Shown here: positions 46,627-56,756 of the stretch, piece after piece | Layout of the letters: each line of letters starts with the position of its first letter | How positions within the stretch are numbered: position 1 is the first letter of the stretch | Assembly: GCA_964621445.1 (NCBI GenBank) | Contig: CAZUNO010000003.1 | Span: forward strand, 1 to 64,000 | Source of the DNA: Candidatus Hadarchaeota archaeon | Lineage (GTDB): Archaea > CAYQAE01 > CAYVLA01 | Direction: 5' to 3' | Length of the DNA stretch: 64,000 nucleotides | The notes under the pieces: model-generated | Database searches by the model: none | Told to the model about the DNA's origin: nothing | Seen by the model: the letters and a program-made list of their open reading frames with translations, nothing else | Translations under genes and position numbers: made by a program

Positions 46627-47331
46627 ATGCTGCCAATCAGGGATAGAAATCCCGGGAAGACTTTCCCCTATGTAACCTATATGCTGATAGGGATAAACGT
46701 GGTGGTCTTTCTCTTCGAGCTCCTTCTGGATGGCTTCGGGCAGCTCAATTCATTCATAAGGACCTTTGGCATGGTTCCCAAATTCGTCCTCTCGGGCGAA
46801 AGGCTCCATACCCTCCTGACCAGCATGTTCATGCATGGGGGATTCATGCACATATTCGGGAACATGCTATACCTGTTCATCTTCGGGAATAACATCGAAG
46901 ATACACTGGGACACTTCAAATTCCTGGTCTTCTACACCTTCTGTGGGCTCTGCGCATCTTTTCTCCACATCCTGCTGACCACGAACCGCAACATCCCCAC
47001 GCTCGGGGCCAGTGGGGCCATAGCGGGTGTGCTGGGCGCTTACCTACTACTTTTCCCCCAGGCCAAGGTTGACACACTAGTTTTCTTCTTCATCATCACC
47101 TGGGTCACCATACCGGCATTCGCCCTCCTAATATTCTGGTTCGTTCTGCAATTATTGACCGGTATCTGGTCAATCGCCTCGGTCAGCTCCGGCGGGGTGG
47201 CCTATTTCGCCCACGTAGGTGGATTCATAGCCGGGGTCCTAATCGCAATTCCATTCAGAAACAAGGTAAGTAGGCCCAGGCAACGGCCTAGATTCCCCTC
47301 TTTTGAAACCGAGGACAGTTACTGGCGTTAG
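46627..47331 (+). CDS. Rhomboid intramembrane serine protease
   Basis: MFMHGG..HI.GNM, GASGAI (Ser), AYFAHVGG (His). Confidence 0.93.
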   Translation: MLPIRDRNPGKTFPYVTYMLIGINVVVFLFELLLDGFGQLNSFIRTFGMVPKFVLSGERLHTLLTSMFMHGGFMHIFGNMLYLFIFGNNIEDTLGHFKFLVFYTFCGLCASFLHILLTTNRNIPTLGASGAIAGVLGAYLLLFPQAKVDTLVFFFIITWVTIPAFALLIFWFVLQLLTGIWSIASVSSGGVAYFAHVGGFIAGVLIAIPFRNKVSRPRQRPRFPSFETEDSYWR

Positions 47332-48233
47332 AGGTATTCCTTCCAGTAGGCGACGCTAGTATCCAGGTCCTCCAGTACCTTCTTCTCGCTGGCCTCAAAA
47401 GCGTGGATTATCTCCAATACCAGGTCAACCTGGCTGGCACCGGAATTGTCTATGGCCTCTATGATATCCTCTGCATCAATAATTCCCTTCTCATTGTACT
47501 CCGGCGTAAACGGCCAATGCTGGTCCATTTGACCATCAGTCTGCTGGACATGCATTACCGGAGACATCGGTCCTATCTCCTCGATCCAGGTGTAGGTATC
47601 GAGGTCCTTGCCGCTCTCGCTGTAGGTACATTGGTGACCGGTGTCCATGCAGAAGTAGATGGGAACGCCAGACGACTTATTGGCCCTCATGTATAGTTTC
47701 TTTGCATCGTCTATCCTGCAGGGAGGTTCCCTCGGAACGGGCATAGGTTCCCATAGCAGGAACTCCTGACCAAGGTCCGAGGCCAGCCTGGAGAGATGCT
47801 GGAGCGAGTCAACGAGACAGGAGCGGAGGTAGCTTCTTCGATCCTCATCACGGTAGTCGTTATAGCTCATGGAGGCCACATGCCCCCCAGTGCCCGCCGC
47901 CTCCATCTCAGCGGTCATGTGGACCGCCTGCTCGTACCATTCAAGGGCGTCGCTCCTCATGCCAATGTCGGGGTGCATGAGAAGATTGAAGGAATAGGCG
48001 CCCAGCCCGGTAAATGTGCTGTGCACCTCAACTCCATAGCGCTCCCCGGCCTCAACTACCTCTCTACTCTTTCTCGCTCTCACCGACTTGCGAACCCTGG
48101 GGTCCACCAGGTCGAACGAGAACTGAGCCAGATCCAAGTCCAGCCTTGAGCCCACGATCTCCATCCATTCACTTGCCTCGGGCCATCTCTTGACGGCAAA
48201 ACAGGTATTTATTCCTAGATTAAGCTTGGCCAT
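47328..48233 (-). CDS. Xylose-isomerase-like TIM barrel, EryC-like sugar-phosphate epimerase
   Basis: LGINTCFAVKRWPE, STFTG, GGH, WEPM...RE, DTGH, HVQQTDG..D.HWPFT. Confidence 0.78.
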   Translation of the reverse strand: MAKLNLGINTCFAVKRWPEASEWMEIVGSRLDLDLAQFSFDLVDPRVRKSVRARKSREVVEAGERYGVEVHSTFTGLGAYSFNLLMHPDIGMRSDALEWYEQAVHMTAEMEAAGTGGHVASMSYNDYRDEDRRSYLRSCLVDSLQHLSRLASDLGQEFLLWEPMPVPREPPCRIDDAKKLYMRANKSSGVPIYFCMDTGHQCTYSESGKDLDTYTWIEEIGPMSPVMHVQQTDGQMDQHWPFTPEYNEKGIIDAEDIIEAIDNSGASQVDLVLEIIHAFEASEKKVLEDLDTSVAYWKEYL

Positions 48234-48353
48234 ATCCTACACCCATAGAATGGAAAATATCCCCGTCTAATATGAGTTTTCAAAGATATCTCAATATACC
48301 AAGCAAGGCACCGTATACACCAAAGTTAAGAGATGCTCGGAGCTATTTAACCC

Positions 48354-49472
48354 GTGAAATTATCCTCAGGGAGGTCATTTCTAGCCAAAGGGCCGATAAG
48401 AATCGAAATCCAAGAGGGATTGATCTCCTCTCGCGGAATGACATTTGATCCCTCAGCAAGCCCCCTAATCGTTAAGGCCTGGGAAGCCTTCGATCTAGAG
48501 GTTCGTGAGGATTCCGTCATATCGGTGACCGGTAATGGAAATCTATCACCTGAAGTTAATCCATACCCCGAGCCATGGTCGGGCTTTCTAGAAAATTGGC
48601 CGTCGGATTTTCAGGGGAATACCTTAATGGTCTTCGGGAAATCAGATACCGGAAAATCAACGCTTTGTACCCTTTTACTAAATGGGATGATCAAACACGG
48701 TCTTGCCCCGTGCATGATAGATGGGGATGTGGGACAATCCGATATCGGGCCTCCAACCACCGTGGGGCTGGGATTCACTGAATCACCCCTGATCCGGCTT
48801 CCCGAATGCCCAATGGTCGACGCCTTCTTCTTCGGTGACACCTCCCCTGCAACCTGCATTGAAAAGCTAATGGACGGCATATCAATCATCGTTAAGCGCT
48901 CCCGGGAGTATTCCCGGAACGTGATTATCGATACCTGCGGGCTGGTGACCGGTGAAATAGGACGTGGGTTAGCCCTTGGGATGGTGGAGAAGATATCTCC
49001 GGATGCAATCGTGTTGCTGGAAAACGACGGCGAGCTGGAATATATGACCGGAGGTAGTCCTTCAATCCAAAGGCTTCCCGCTCTACAAACCAGCAAGAAC
49101 AGAACCGAAAGGCGAACCTTTAGGTTCAGCCAATTCATCTCCTCATTGGAGGACTCCCAAGAACGGGTGATGGATCTATCGAAAGTTACCGTGGAAGGCT
49201 TCCTGGCCGATTATTCTGAAACAGCCTCACCTGAATTCAAGCCTACCATGACCTCTAATTCCTTGAGTCTAAAGTCCCTCGCCGACCTGGAGAACGCATT
49301 GCTTGGTATTCACAACAACCAGGTATTCGAGGGGATAGGTATCCTGGACTTCGTTGACTGCAACGGAAACAGGATAGAGGTAAAGACAAATTGTAAGAGC
49401 GATGTCGATCGCCTGGTGGTTGGCAATATAATTCTTGACGATCAAAGGGAGCACCGGATATGCAAGAACTGA
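48354..49472 (+). CDS. Clp1/Grc3-like polynucleotide 5'-hydroxyl kinase
   Basis: Walker A GKSDTGKST, DGDVGQSDIGPP, FFGDTSP, IIDTCG, R..RR..R lid. Confidence 0.85.
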   Translation: MKLSSGRSFLAKGPIRIEIQEGLISSRGMTFDPSASPLIVKAWEAFDLEVREDSVISVTGNGNLSPEVNPYPEPWSGFLENWPSDFQGNTLMVFGKSDTGKSTLCTLLLNGMIKHGLAPCMIDGDVGQSDIGPPTTVGLGFTESPLIRLPECPMVDAFFFGDTSPATCIEKLMDGISIIVKRSREYSRNVIIDTCGLVTGEIGRGLALGMVEKISPDAIVLLENDGELEYMTGGSPSIQRLPALQTSKNRTERRTFRFSQFISSLEDSQERVMDLSKVTVEGFLADYSETASPEFKPTMTSNSLSLKSLADLENALLGIHNNQVFEGIGILDFVDCNGNRIEVKTNCKSDVDRLVVGNIILDDQREHRICKN

Positions 49473-49518
49473 ATCTAGGAAATCCTGGTTAGGTCACCTC
49501 AGACAAATCTATAAGTAA

Positions 49519-50952
49519 ATGGACAGCTCGGATTACTATAGGGATATGATGAGCGATCAGAGACCCAATGTTATCCTGTTCACGACCGATCAACATCGGG
49601 GAGACCACATCGGGCTCTCAGGTCACCCTGTTGTCGAGACCCCGAATCTCGATAGTTTCGTTAATCAGGGCGCCTACTTCCCAAACGCCTACACCGAGAT
49701 ACCGTCAACTACCGGTGCGCGAAGATGTCTACTATCAGGCAAGGGAAGCTTTGACTGCGGTCTGGTTGGATATTCCTCGGTCGAGTGGTTTGAAACAAAC
49801 ACCTTGGCCAGGGTCCTGGCAGATAACGGCTATCACTGTATGAACGTCGGATTTCGCAACCTTCATCCCCGAAGGAAGCTCTACGGCTTTCATAACGTGA
49901 TATGCCACGATCTCCGTCCCGGCGAGGACGATTACATGGAATGGCTGAAGAAAGAGGCGGGGTACCATGCAAACGAGAGGGATCATGGAATAGACTCAAA
50001 TGGCTGGTTGGCCCGGCCCTGGCACCTTGAGGAAAGATATCATCCCACGGTATGGACCACCAACACCGCATTGGAAATGCTTGAGAAAAGGGATCCAACC
50101 AAGCCTTTCTTCATCTGGATATCCCACCACAGACCTCACTCGCCATACGACCCGCCCAAGTTCTTCTGGGACATGTATATCGACCGTGAGCTCCCCGAAA
50201 TACCCAGAGGCCAGTGGTCGGAAGAACACAACGTGGAAATGCCCCCTGACATGAGGGCATGGAGAGGGGAACTCTCACCGGAACAAAATCAACGCATGAG
50301 AGCCGGATACATGGGCCTGATAACTCATATCGATTACGAACTGGGACGAATGATAGAGCGGCTAAGAAGAATAAATCTCAACAATAACACCCTTTTCCTT
50401 TTCACGGCCGACCATGGAGATATGATGGGCGACCACTACCTCCACAGAAAGACCTATGCCTACGAGGGGTCGGCCCGAATACCTTTCGTGGTTCGGTACC
50501 CAGATGGCTTTGACCTGCCAACCGGAACCTACAGCCAGGTGGTGGGGCTTCAAGACGTGATGCCAACCATTATGGACGGACTGGATATCGATATCCCCGA
50601 AAATATAACTGGCAACAGCGTTCTCAAGGCCATACGAGGCGGGGAATGGAGGGAGTACCTGCACGGGGAGCACAGTCCCTGCTATTCGAACCACGAGGCC
50701 ATGCACTTTCTCACCGACGGCAGGGAGAAATACATATACCTCCCGGCAACAGGCAGGGAAAGGTTCTTCGACCTGGAGGAGGACAAGCAGGAGATTTACG
50801 ATCTTTCCCAGGACCCTGATTACCAAGAGCGGCTGCAAATGTGGAGGAATCGGTTGGTGGACCGCCTGGCCAACAGGGGAGACGGATTCTCGGACGGAAA
50901 AAAGCTGCTCATAAAAAAGAGCTGGAGCCCGGTCGCAGAGGAAAATATCTAG
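49519..50952 (+). CDS. Sulfatase-family hydrolase with Thr at the formylglycine position
   Basis: PNVILFTTDQHR, TPNLD, NAYTEIPSTTGARR, RPHSPYDPP, FTADHGDMMGDH...K..YE. Confidence 0.85.
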   Translation: MDSSDYYRDMMSDQRPNVILFTTDQHRGDHIGLSGHPVVETPNLDSFVNQGAYFPNAYTEIPSTTGARRCLLSGKGSFDCGLVGYSSVEWFETNTLARVLADNGYHCMNVGFRNLHPRRKLYGFHNVICHDLRPGEDDYMEWLKKEAGYHANERDHGIDSNGWLARPWHLEERYHPTVWTTNTALEMLEKRDPTKPFFIWISHHRPHSPYDPPKFFWDMYIDRELPEIPRGQWSEEHNVEMPPDMRAWRGELSPEQNQRMRAGYMGLITHIDYELGRMIERLRRINLNNNTLFLFTADHGDMMGDHYLHRKTYAYEGSARIPFVVRYPDGFDLPTGTYSQVVGLQDVMPTIMDGLDIDIPENITGNSVLKAIRGGEWREYLHGEHSPCYSNHEAMHFLTDGREKYIYLPATGRERFFDLEEDKQEIYDLSQDPDYQERLQMWRNRLVDRLANRGDGFSDGKKLLIKKSWSPVAEENI

Positions 50953-50958
50953 CCGGAA

Positions 50959-51726
50959 TCAGAAAATCCATCCACCGGTCCTTCCCAGCATCATCCACAC
51001 CGTGTTATTTGCAATGTGGGCCACCGAGGGGGCCACGAGGCTCCCTGTCCTCTCCAAGATATAAACCATGATTACCGCGAAAAGGAGTGCCGCGGCCAGG
51101 GCTGACGGCGGATTCGGGTAGTGGACGGCGCTGAAGAGCAGGGCCTGGAAAAGTGAACCCCATCTGGCCCCAACCAGGTTTCTGGCTGGCAGGTATATAA
51201 CGCCTCGGAACAGAAGCTCCTCAAGCAGTCCCACCAAAACGGATAGGGATATGATCCAGACCAGCGACCAGCCAAGGCCAAGATCCGGCAGGGTCACGAT
51301 CCTTTCCCCCGAAACATAGTCCAACACCCCGAAGGGCAGCCCTATCCCAGCACCAACTACAACTGCCCTGACAATTCCCCTGGAGGTGAGCCGAAGCATC
51401 GAGAACGAGAAGAAATGCCTGGCCAGGGGGAGAAGCACCAGTAGTGCCAGGGCCTGCTCAAGGTGCAGGCTCACAATATCTCCTATGTTCAGGGAAATCG
51501 CTGAGGAAGAGGCCAGCACCCTGACATACAGGGTGACGAAGAGCAGGCTGTGGGCCAGGCAGAGGTTAAAAAGTGGTTTGTTCTCCGTAAAAAAGACGGG
51601 GGATACTAGCCAGGTCACCGAGATTATGAGGAACAACAAAGGCTGTTTCTGGGCAAGTATCAATCCCGCAGGTATTGAAAGCAGGGAAAGAATCATTATG
51701 GCCTTTGCCTTCATTCCCGTGTCCAC
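50959..51726 (-). CDS. CPBP (CAAX-like) intramembrane metalloprotease
   Basis: EELLFRG, LFSAVH, AHIANN; multi-TM. Confidence 0.85.
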   Translation of the reverse strand: MDTGMKAKAIMILSLLSIPAGLILAQKQPLLFLIISVTWLVSPVFFTENKPLFNLCLAHSLLFVTLYVRVLASSSAISLNIGDIVSLHLEQALALLVLLPLARHFFSFSMLRLTSRGIVRAVVVGAGIGLPFGVLDYVSGERIVTLPDLGLGWSLVWIISLSVLVGLLEELLFRGVIYLPARNLVGARWGSLFQALLFSAVHYPNPPSALAAALLFAVIMVYILERTGSLVAPSVAHIANNTVWMMLGRTGGWIF

Positions 51727-51752
51727 TTCAACGCAGCCCGCCCTTACATGGC

Positions 51753-52877
51753 TCAGCTAGGAGCGTAATGGCCTAATCTATTGATTTCTTCCAGCATGGC
51801 ACAGTAGTTCTCGAACTTGGTACCCACCAGGAGGGAATGGCTGGACGCGCATATGAAGCCACCTCCGGGGGAGGCGTACTTGAGTGCATAACGAGTGAGT
51901 TCCCTGATCTCCTCAACGGTTCCACCGGCAAGTCTCTCACATGATACTCCGCCCCAGAAGGTTATCCTATCCCCGTAAAGGTCCTTGAGCTTCGCGATCT
52001 CCATACCCGCAGTCGGTTGGATTGACTGGTAACCGTCATAGCCAGCACGGACGAAAAGATCCATTATGGGCCAGTTATTTCCACACGAGTGTTTCAGAAT
52101 CCAGACCCCCTGCTCGTGTGCTGCATCGCATTGCTTTTTCATCGCCGGAAAGTAGAGATCCTCTATTATCTCGGGCCTGAGAAAGGTCCCCTTGTTGTAT
52201 CCGTAGTCAGCGCCCGGGGCCAGAGCATCAACGCCCTCACGGGCCAGGATCCGGTCGATGTACATGGCCCTCTTAAGATTCACCTCAACCGCCTTCTTTA
52301 CGACCCAGGGTTTGGTGAGGCAAAGCCTCAGACCTCTCCTCAGGCCGCCGGGAAGTGCATAGGAACCATCCGGGCTTCTGGCAAAGATGAAATGGGTGTC
52401 ACCGAGCTCGTTTATCACATAGCGCACGAGTTCCAGGCTGCTCTCATCGATCTCTGGTTCCACGTACTCGAAGTCATCGACCGTATAATCACGATCCTCA
52501 TCGGAGTCATTCACCTTTATGATATTCTGGCTGGCCTCCGCGACCTTGTACACGTCCCCATTCTCGTATTTCCACATGTTCTTGCCTATTCTCTTCGGCT
52601 TTTCGTATTCCTCATCCTTGGAGGGGACGAGTCGCACCGGAACCATTTCCAGACCCATCTTCTTGCTGAACTCCACGATGTCCTTCTTCTTGCTCTCAAC
52701 GATTTTGTCCCTTTCCCCTTTCCATAGGCCCTTCCATTCCCTTACCTTGGCTCGCCAGTAGGTCTTATGGCCCAGCGCTGCCTCAATAGTCGGGAAATCC
52801 GTGGCGAACTCGCCGCTTGGTACCTTATCGGGTTCCTCTCTCATAAGGGTGGTGTGGACTCTTTCCTTTGGAAGCAC
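51753..52877 (-). CDS. Uroporphyrinogen decarboxylase/MtaA-like TIM barrel family protein
   Basis: M.PKERV...EEPDKVP, GADYG....F, KHSCGN, SIQP.AGM, LK..YG....WGG, GGFI.ASSHS. Confidence 0.8.
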   Translation of the reverse strand: MLPKERVHTTLMREEPDKVPSGEFATDFPTIEAALGHKTYWRAKVREWKGLWKGERDKIVESKKKDIVEFSKKMGLEMVPVRLVPSKDEEYEKPKRIGKNMWKYENGDVYKVAEASQNIIKVNDSDEDRDYTVDDFEYVEPEIDESSLELVRYVINELGDTHFIFARSPDGSYALPGGLRRGLRLCLTKPWVVKKAVEVNLKRAMYIDRILAREGVDALAPGADYGYNKGTFLRPEIIEDLYFPAMKKQCDAAHEQGVWILKHSCGNNWPIMDLFVRAGYDGYQSIQPTAGMEIAKLKDLYGDRITFWGGVSCERLAGGTVEEIRELTRYALKYASPGGGFICASSHSLLVGTKFENYCAMLEEINRLGHYAPS

Positions 52878-53085
52878 AATTCGTTTGCTAAATCATCTAG
52901 AAGAAAAATGTGCTCTTGCTAACAATAATCCTTTAAGCTCCACAGAGTATTGGTGGCATGACCCTCCGGTATCCATTCATTCCTGACCTCCGAGCATGGT
53001 CTGGATCCGTAAGCAATTGCCGCTAAGACGATGCCACGCCCCTACTCAGTAACCGTTTTATGGCCAGCCCAGTCTAGAAATCCCC

Positions 53086-53997
53086 ATGGCAGTAACAATT
53101 CTTCATGGAAGGTCGCCGCGGGTAATAATAATTCTGGGTGTACTTCTAATGGCTGTTTATCTTTCCGGCTGTCTATCGGAGGGAGAAGAGGGCGAAAACA
53201 TAGGGGTCATTGTCACCCTACCACCTCAAAGGGAAATGGCAGAAGCTCTGGGAGGAGACAGGGTAGATATCACGGTCATGGTCCCCCCTGATAAAAGCCC
53301 CCACGCCTATGCACCTCTACCGGCTCAGATGACCGCGGTGGCCGAGGCCGAGGTCTACATGAAGATGGGGAGTGGTGTGGAATTCGAGAACAATTACATG
53401 GACGAAATCATGGACCAGAATAAGGATCTACTGGTGGTCGATTGCTCCCAGGATATCCAATTAATAGATATGGGGGAACACCTTCAACAATCGAGCCCGG
53501 CCAATGCTCACAAGGATACCCATATCTGGCTCTCCCCTGAAAACGCCGCCGTTATCGTGGAAAACATGTTCCAGGGACTTGTGGAGGTCGACCCGGAGGG
53601 GCGAGAATTATACGAGCAAAACCGAGACGATTACCTGGAACGTCTACAGGGCCTTGACTCCTATATAGAGGAGCAGCTTCAGGGCATGGAGGGCGAAAGC
53701 TTCCTGGTATATCACCCCGCATGGGGATATTTTGCCGATGCCTACGGCCTCCGGCAGATGGCCATAGAGGAAGAGGGCAAGAAACCCGGCCCGGCCGGGG
53801 TGGCGGCCATAATCGAACAGGCCAAGGAAATGAATATTGGTGCCGTCTTCGTCTCTCCCCAGTTCGATCGCTCCGATGCGGAGACCATCGCTGATGAGAT
53901 AGACGGCGAGGTTATCGTTGTGGACCCCATGGCCCCGGATTACATCGAGAATCTTAAACACGTGTCCCGGATGCTGGCCCAGGGCCTCTCCGAGTAG
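53086..53997 (+). CDS. znuA: Zn/Mn ABC transporter substrate-binding lipoprotein
   Basis: Lipobox LSGC, SPHAYAP, DTHIWLSP, YHPAWGYF, IEEEGK, DP. Confidence 0.85.
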   Translation: MAVTILHGRSPRVIIILGVLLMAVYLSGCLSEGEEGENIGVIVTLPPQREMAEALGGDRVDITVMVPPDKSPHAYAPLPAQMTAVAEAEVYMKMGSGVEFENNYMDEIMDQNKDLLVVDCSQDIQLIDMGEHLQQSSPANAHKDTHIWLSPENAAVIVENMFQGLVEVDPEGRELYEQNRDDYLERLQGLDSYIEEQLQGMEGESFLVYHPAWGYFADAYGLRQMAIEEEGKKPGPAGVAAIIEQAKEMNIGAVFVSPQFDRSDAETIADEIDGEVIVVDPMAPDYIENLKHVSRMLAQGLSE

Positions 53998-54075
53998 CTC
54001 CATCTTTCCAGCAATCGGTAGGACATTAATAGACCCCTCGCCAAGATATTACAGTTCGCGAAAGATCATTAAAAC

Positions 54076-54864
54076 TTGGATAGGAGGGGTGAATTGACCG
54101 AGGAAAACTCGCCTTCAACCGTGATCTCTCTGGACGGAGTATGGGTGAGATTTGACCAGACGACGGTTCTGGAAGGCATAGACCTTTCGGTTCCCAGAGG
54201 AGACTATCTGGCCATCCTGGGACCCAACGGCGGTGGCAAGACCACCCTACTGCGTACGATTCTGGGTCTCGTGAAGCCCGATAAAGGCAAGGTTAGGGTG
54301 CTTGGAAAACCGCCCTCAAGGTCCAGGGATAGAATAGGATACGTTCCACAGTACACCAGGTACGATAGGGACTTCCCGATCAGCGTTTGGGATGTTGCCC
54401 TCATGGGCCGCCTACCACATAACGCACACGTGTCCGGTTACTCCAATGTGGACGAGGAGAAGGTCATGGAGGCGCTGGAAGCGGTTGATATTCAGGATCT
54501 CAGGGACAGACAGATAGATGAGCTCTCCGGCGGTCAAAGGCAACGGCTTTTCATCGCCAGGGCACTGGCCGTTGAACCGGAGATACTTCTACTTGACGAG
54601 CCCACCTCAAGCATCGATACCAGGGTGCAGACAAGCGTCTTCGACCTGTTGGCAGATCTTAACCGGGAAATAACCATAATGCTGGTGACACATGATTTAT
54701 CCGTGGTATCGACCAGAGTAAAAAGGGTCGCCTGTCTAAACAGGAAGCTCATTGTTCATGATGAAAAGCAAGTCTCCAAGGAGGAGCTTGAGGAGACATA
54801 CCAATGTCCCGTGGACCTCATCGCTCACGGGCGTCCCCACCGGGTTTTCGAGGAACATACATGA
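54076..54864 (+). CDS. znuC: Zn/Mn ABC transporter ATPase
   Basis: GPNGGGKT, GYVPQ, LSGGQRQR, LLLDEP, VTHD, C-terminal CP..IAHG.PH. Confidence 0.9.
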   Translation: MDRRGELTEENSPSTVISLDGVWVRFDQTTVLEGIDLSVPRGDYLAILGPNGGGKTTLLRTILGLVKPDKGKVRVLGKPPSRSRDRIGYVPQYTRYDRDFPISVWDVALMGRLPHNAHVSGYSNVDEEKVMEALEAVDIQDLRDRQIDELSGGQRQRLFIARALAVEPEILLLDEPTSSIDTRVQTSVFDLLADLNREITIMLVTHDLSVVSTRVKRVACLNRKLIVHDEKQVSKEELEETYQCPVDLIAHGRPHRVFEEHT

Positions 54865-55703
54865 GCCTTGCTGATCTTTTCATGGCATTCCAGTACGCCT
54901 TCGTGAGGAATATGTTTCTGGCTGGCGTGTTGGCCAGCATAGCCTGCGGCATCATCGGAACCTACGTGATCGTGAAGAGATTGGTGTTCATCAGCGGGGG
55001 AATAGCTCATACCTGTTTCGGGGGCATTGGCTTGGCCTACTGGCTTCAATTCGAGCCCATGCTGGGTGCCGTTCTTTTCTCCTTGGTGACCGCGGTAACC
55101 GTGGGTATAACCAGCTTACGGACCAGGATAAGAGAGGACTCGACCATAGGAGCCCTTTGGGTGACGGGAATGGCTCTAGGAGTTATCTTCATAGACCAGG
55201 CTCCAGGTTACGTGCCGGATCCCATGAGCATTCTATTCGGGGACATCCTCCTAGTAAAGACACCCCACCTGTGGCTAATGCTTCTACTGGATATTGGCGT
55301 GGTGCTTACGGTGGCGATTTTTTATCGCCAGCTGCTGGCCATCACCTTTGACCGGGAATTTGCAGAGATCTCCGGCGTGAACACGGATGCACTGTACGTT
55401 TTGCTTCTAAGCCTGGTAGCCCTCACCGTTGTTTTATTGCTAAAGGTGGTGGGTGTGGTGCTGGTAATCGCCTTGCTAACGCTCCCCCCCACGATTGCCG
55501 GTCTATTTACCAACAGGATGAAGAGGATGATGGGACTGGCGGTCCTGGTAGGATTGGTGGTCACCACCCTGGGTTCGACCCTATCATGGCAGTACAATGT
55601 ACCGTCTGGACCTATGATCGTGGTGGTGGCCGTCTCCGCCTTGTTACTTTCCATGGGGGCAAGGAGAGTACTGGACGAGGTTAAAAACAAGGACGAGAAC
55701 TAG
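54861..55703 (+). CDS. znuB: Zn/Mn ABC transporter permease
   Basis: ATGA overlap at 54861; SGGIAH..FGG, REDSTIG, LFGDIL, FDREFA, KVVG..LV. Confidence 0.88.
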   Translation: MSLADLFMAFQYAFVRNMFLAGVLASIACGIIGTYVIVKRLVFISGGIAHTCFGGIGLAYWLQFEPMLGAVLFSLVTAVTVGITSLRTRIREDSTIGALWVTGMALGVIFIDQAPGYVPDPMSILFGDILLVKTPHLWLMLLLDIGVVLTVAIFYRQLLAITFDREFAEISGVNTDALYVLLLSLVALTVVLLLKVVGVVLVIALLTLPPTIAGLFTNRMKRMMGLAVLVGLVVTTLGSTLSWQYNVPSGPMIVVVAVSALLLSMGARRVLDEVKNKDEN

Positions 55704-56689
55704 GCAACCCATTCCATCATGGACTTCGTTACCTCATTATTCGGTTTCCGGCCCCTTAAAAAAAGATCCAGATCCTCCACCACGGTTCTTCCCTGCCTCC
55801 AGCGCGCCTCCCGGGTCTGACCCGCAATGTGCGGTGTCATGATGGAATTTTTCCCATTCTTCCCCAGATCCTCGGGCTCGAGATCGTAAGTGTCCAGAGC
55901 ACATCTAATCCTACCGGAGTTAACTTCCCGGGCCAGAGCGTCCTCATCCACCAGCTGGCTGCGGGCTGTATTCACGAAGATAGCCCCATCGGGCATTCTA
56001 GCCAGGAGCTCCTCGGTTATCATGCCCCGGTTTGCAGGTATATTTGGCGCATGCAGCGATACGACCCTTGAGCCGGACATTAGCTCCTCCAATGAACAGG
56101 GAAACGCACCTGATTTGCGTATTTCATCCCCGGGTTTGTACGGGTCATAGACGAGAACCCGACAGGAAAAGCCTCGCAGCAAGTCAACCACCCTACGGCC
56201 GACCTCACCCATACCTATGATGCCCACGGTTCGTCCGGTGAGCTCATGCATATCTCCAAACTCAGGTCGCCCCTCACCCCCGGCTTGGACGAAGCTGTTA
56301 TACCTACAGAGATACTTCAGGGAGGACAGTACTAGACCGACGGTAAATTCCGCAACTGAAACCGCTATTGCTGAGGAAGCGTTGGTAACGCAGATGCCCC
56401 GATTGAACACCTCGGGCTCGATATATGATCTAACGCTACCCGCAGCGTGGGAGATTATCTCCAGGATCTCCGCCTTTTCCAGAACATGCCGAGTCACTTT
56501 GGGCGAACCCCAGGAGGTGATTAATCCTCGATGCTCTGCAATGATTTCTGAAAGTTCCTCCTGTTCCATGTCTCCGGGGCCCTGGTAGTAGGTCACCCGG
56601 GCGAAGGACTCGAGCCTGGCGAGCGCATCCTTGTCAAATAGTCTTTCCTGAAGCGAAGGGCTTACAGCCATGAGTATCTTTGGTCCCAT
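55700..56689 (-). CDS. D-2-hydroxyacid dehydrogenase family protein
   Basis: HAAGSV, SVAE, GIIGMGEVG, YDPY, SLHAP, VNTAR, ALD, TPHIAG. Confidence 0.9.
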   Translation of the reverse strand: MGPKILMAVSPSLQERLFDKDALARLESFARVTYYQGPGDMEQEELSEIIAEHRGLITSWGSPKVTRHVLEKAEILEIISHAAGSVRSYIEPEVFNRGICVTNASSAIAVSVAEFTVGLVLSSLKYLCRYNSFVQAGGEGRPEFGDMHELTGRTVGIIGMGEVGRRVVDLLRGFSCRVLVYDPYKPGDEIRKSGAFPCSLEELMSGSRVVSLHAPNIPANRGMITEELLARMPDGAIFVNTARSQLVDEDALAREVNSGRIRCALDTYDLEPEDLGKNGKNSIMTPHIAGQTREARWRQGRTVVEDLDLFLRGRKPNNEVTKSMMEWVA

Positions 56690-56756
56690 GTCCAGATCCC
56701 TTGCACTTCTTTCTATTAACCGTAATTGGAAAAGGAGGGGTCGGGCAGCGAGAGAC

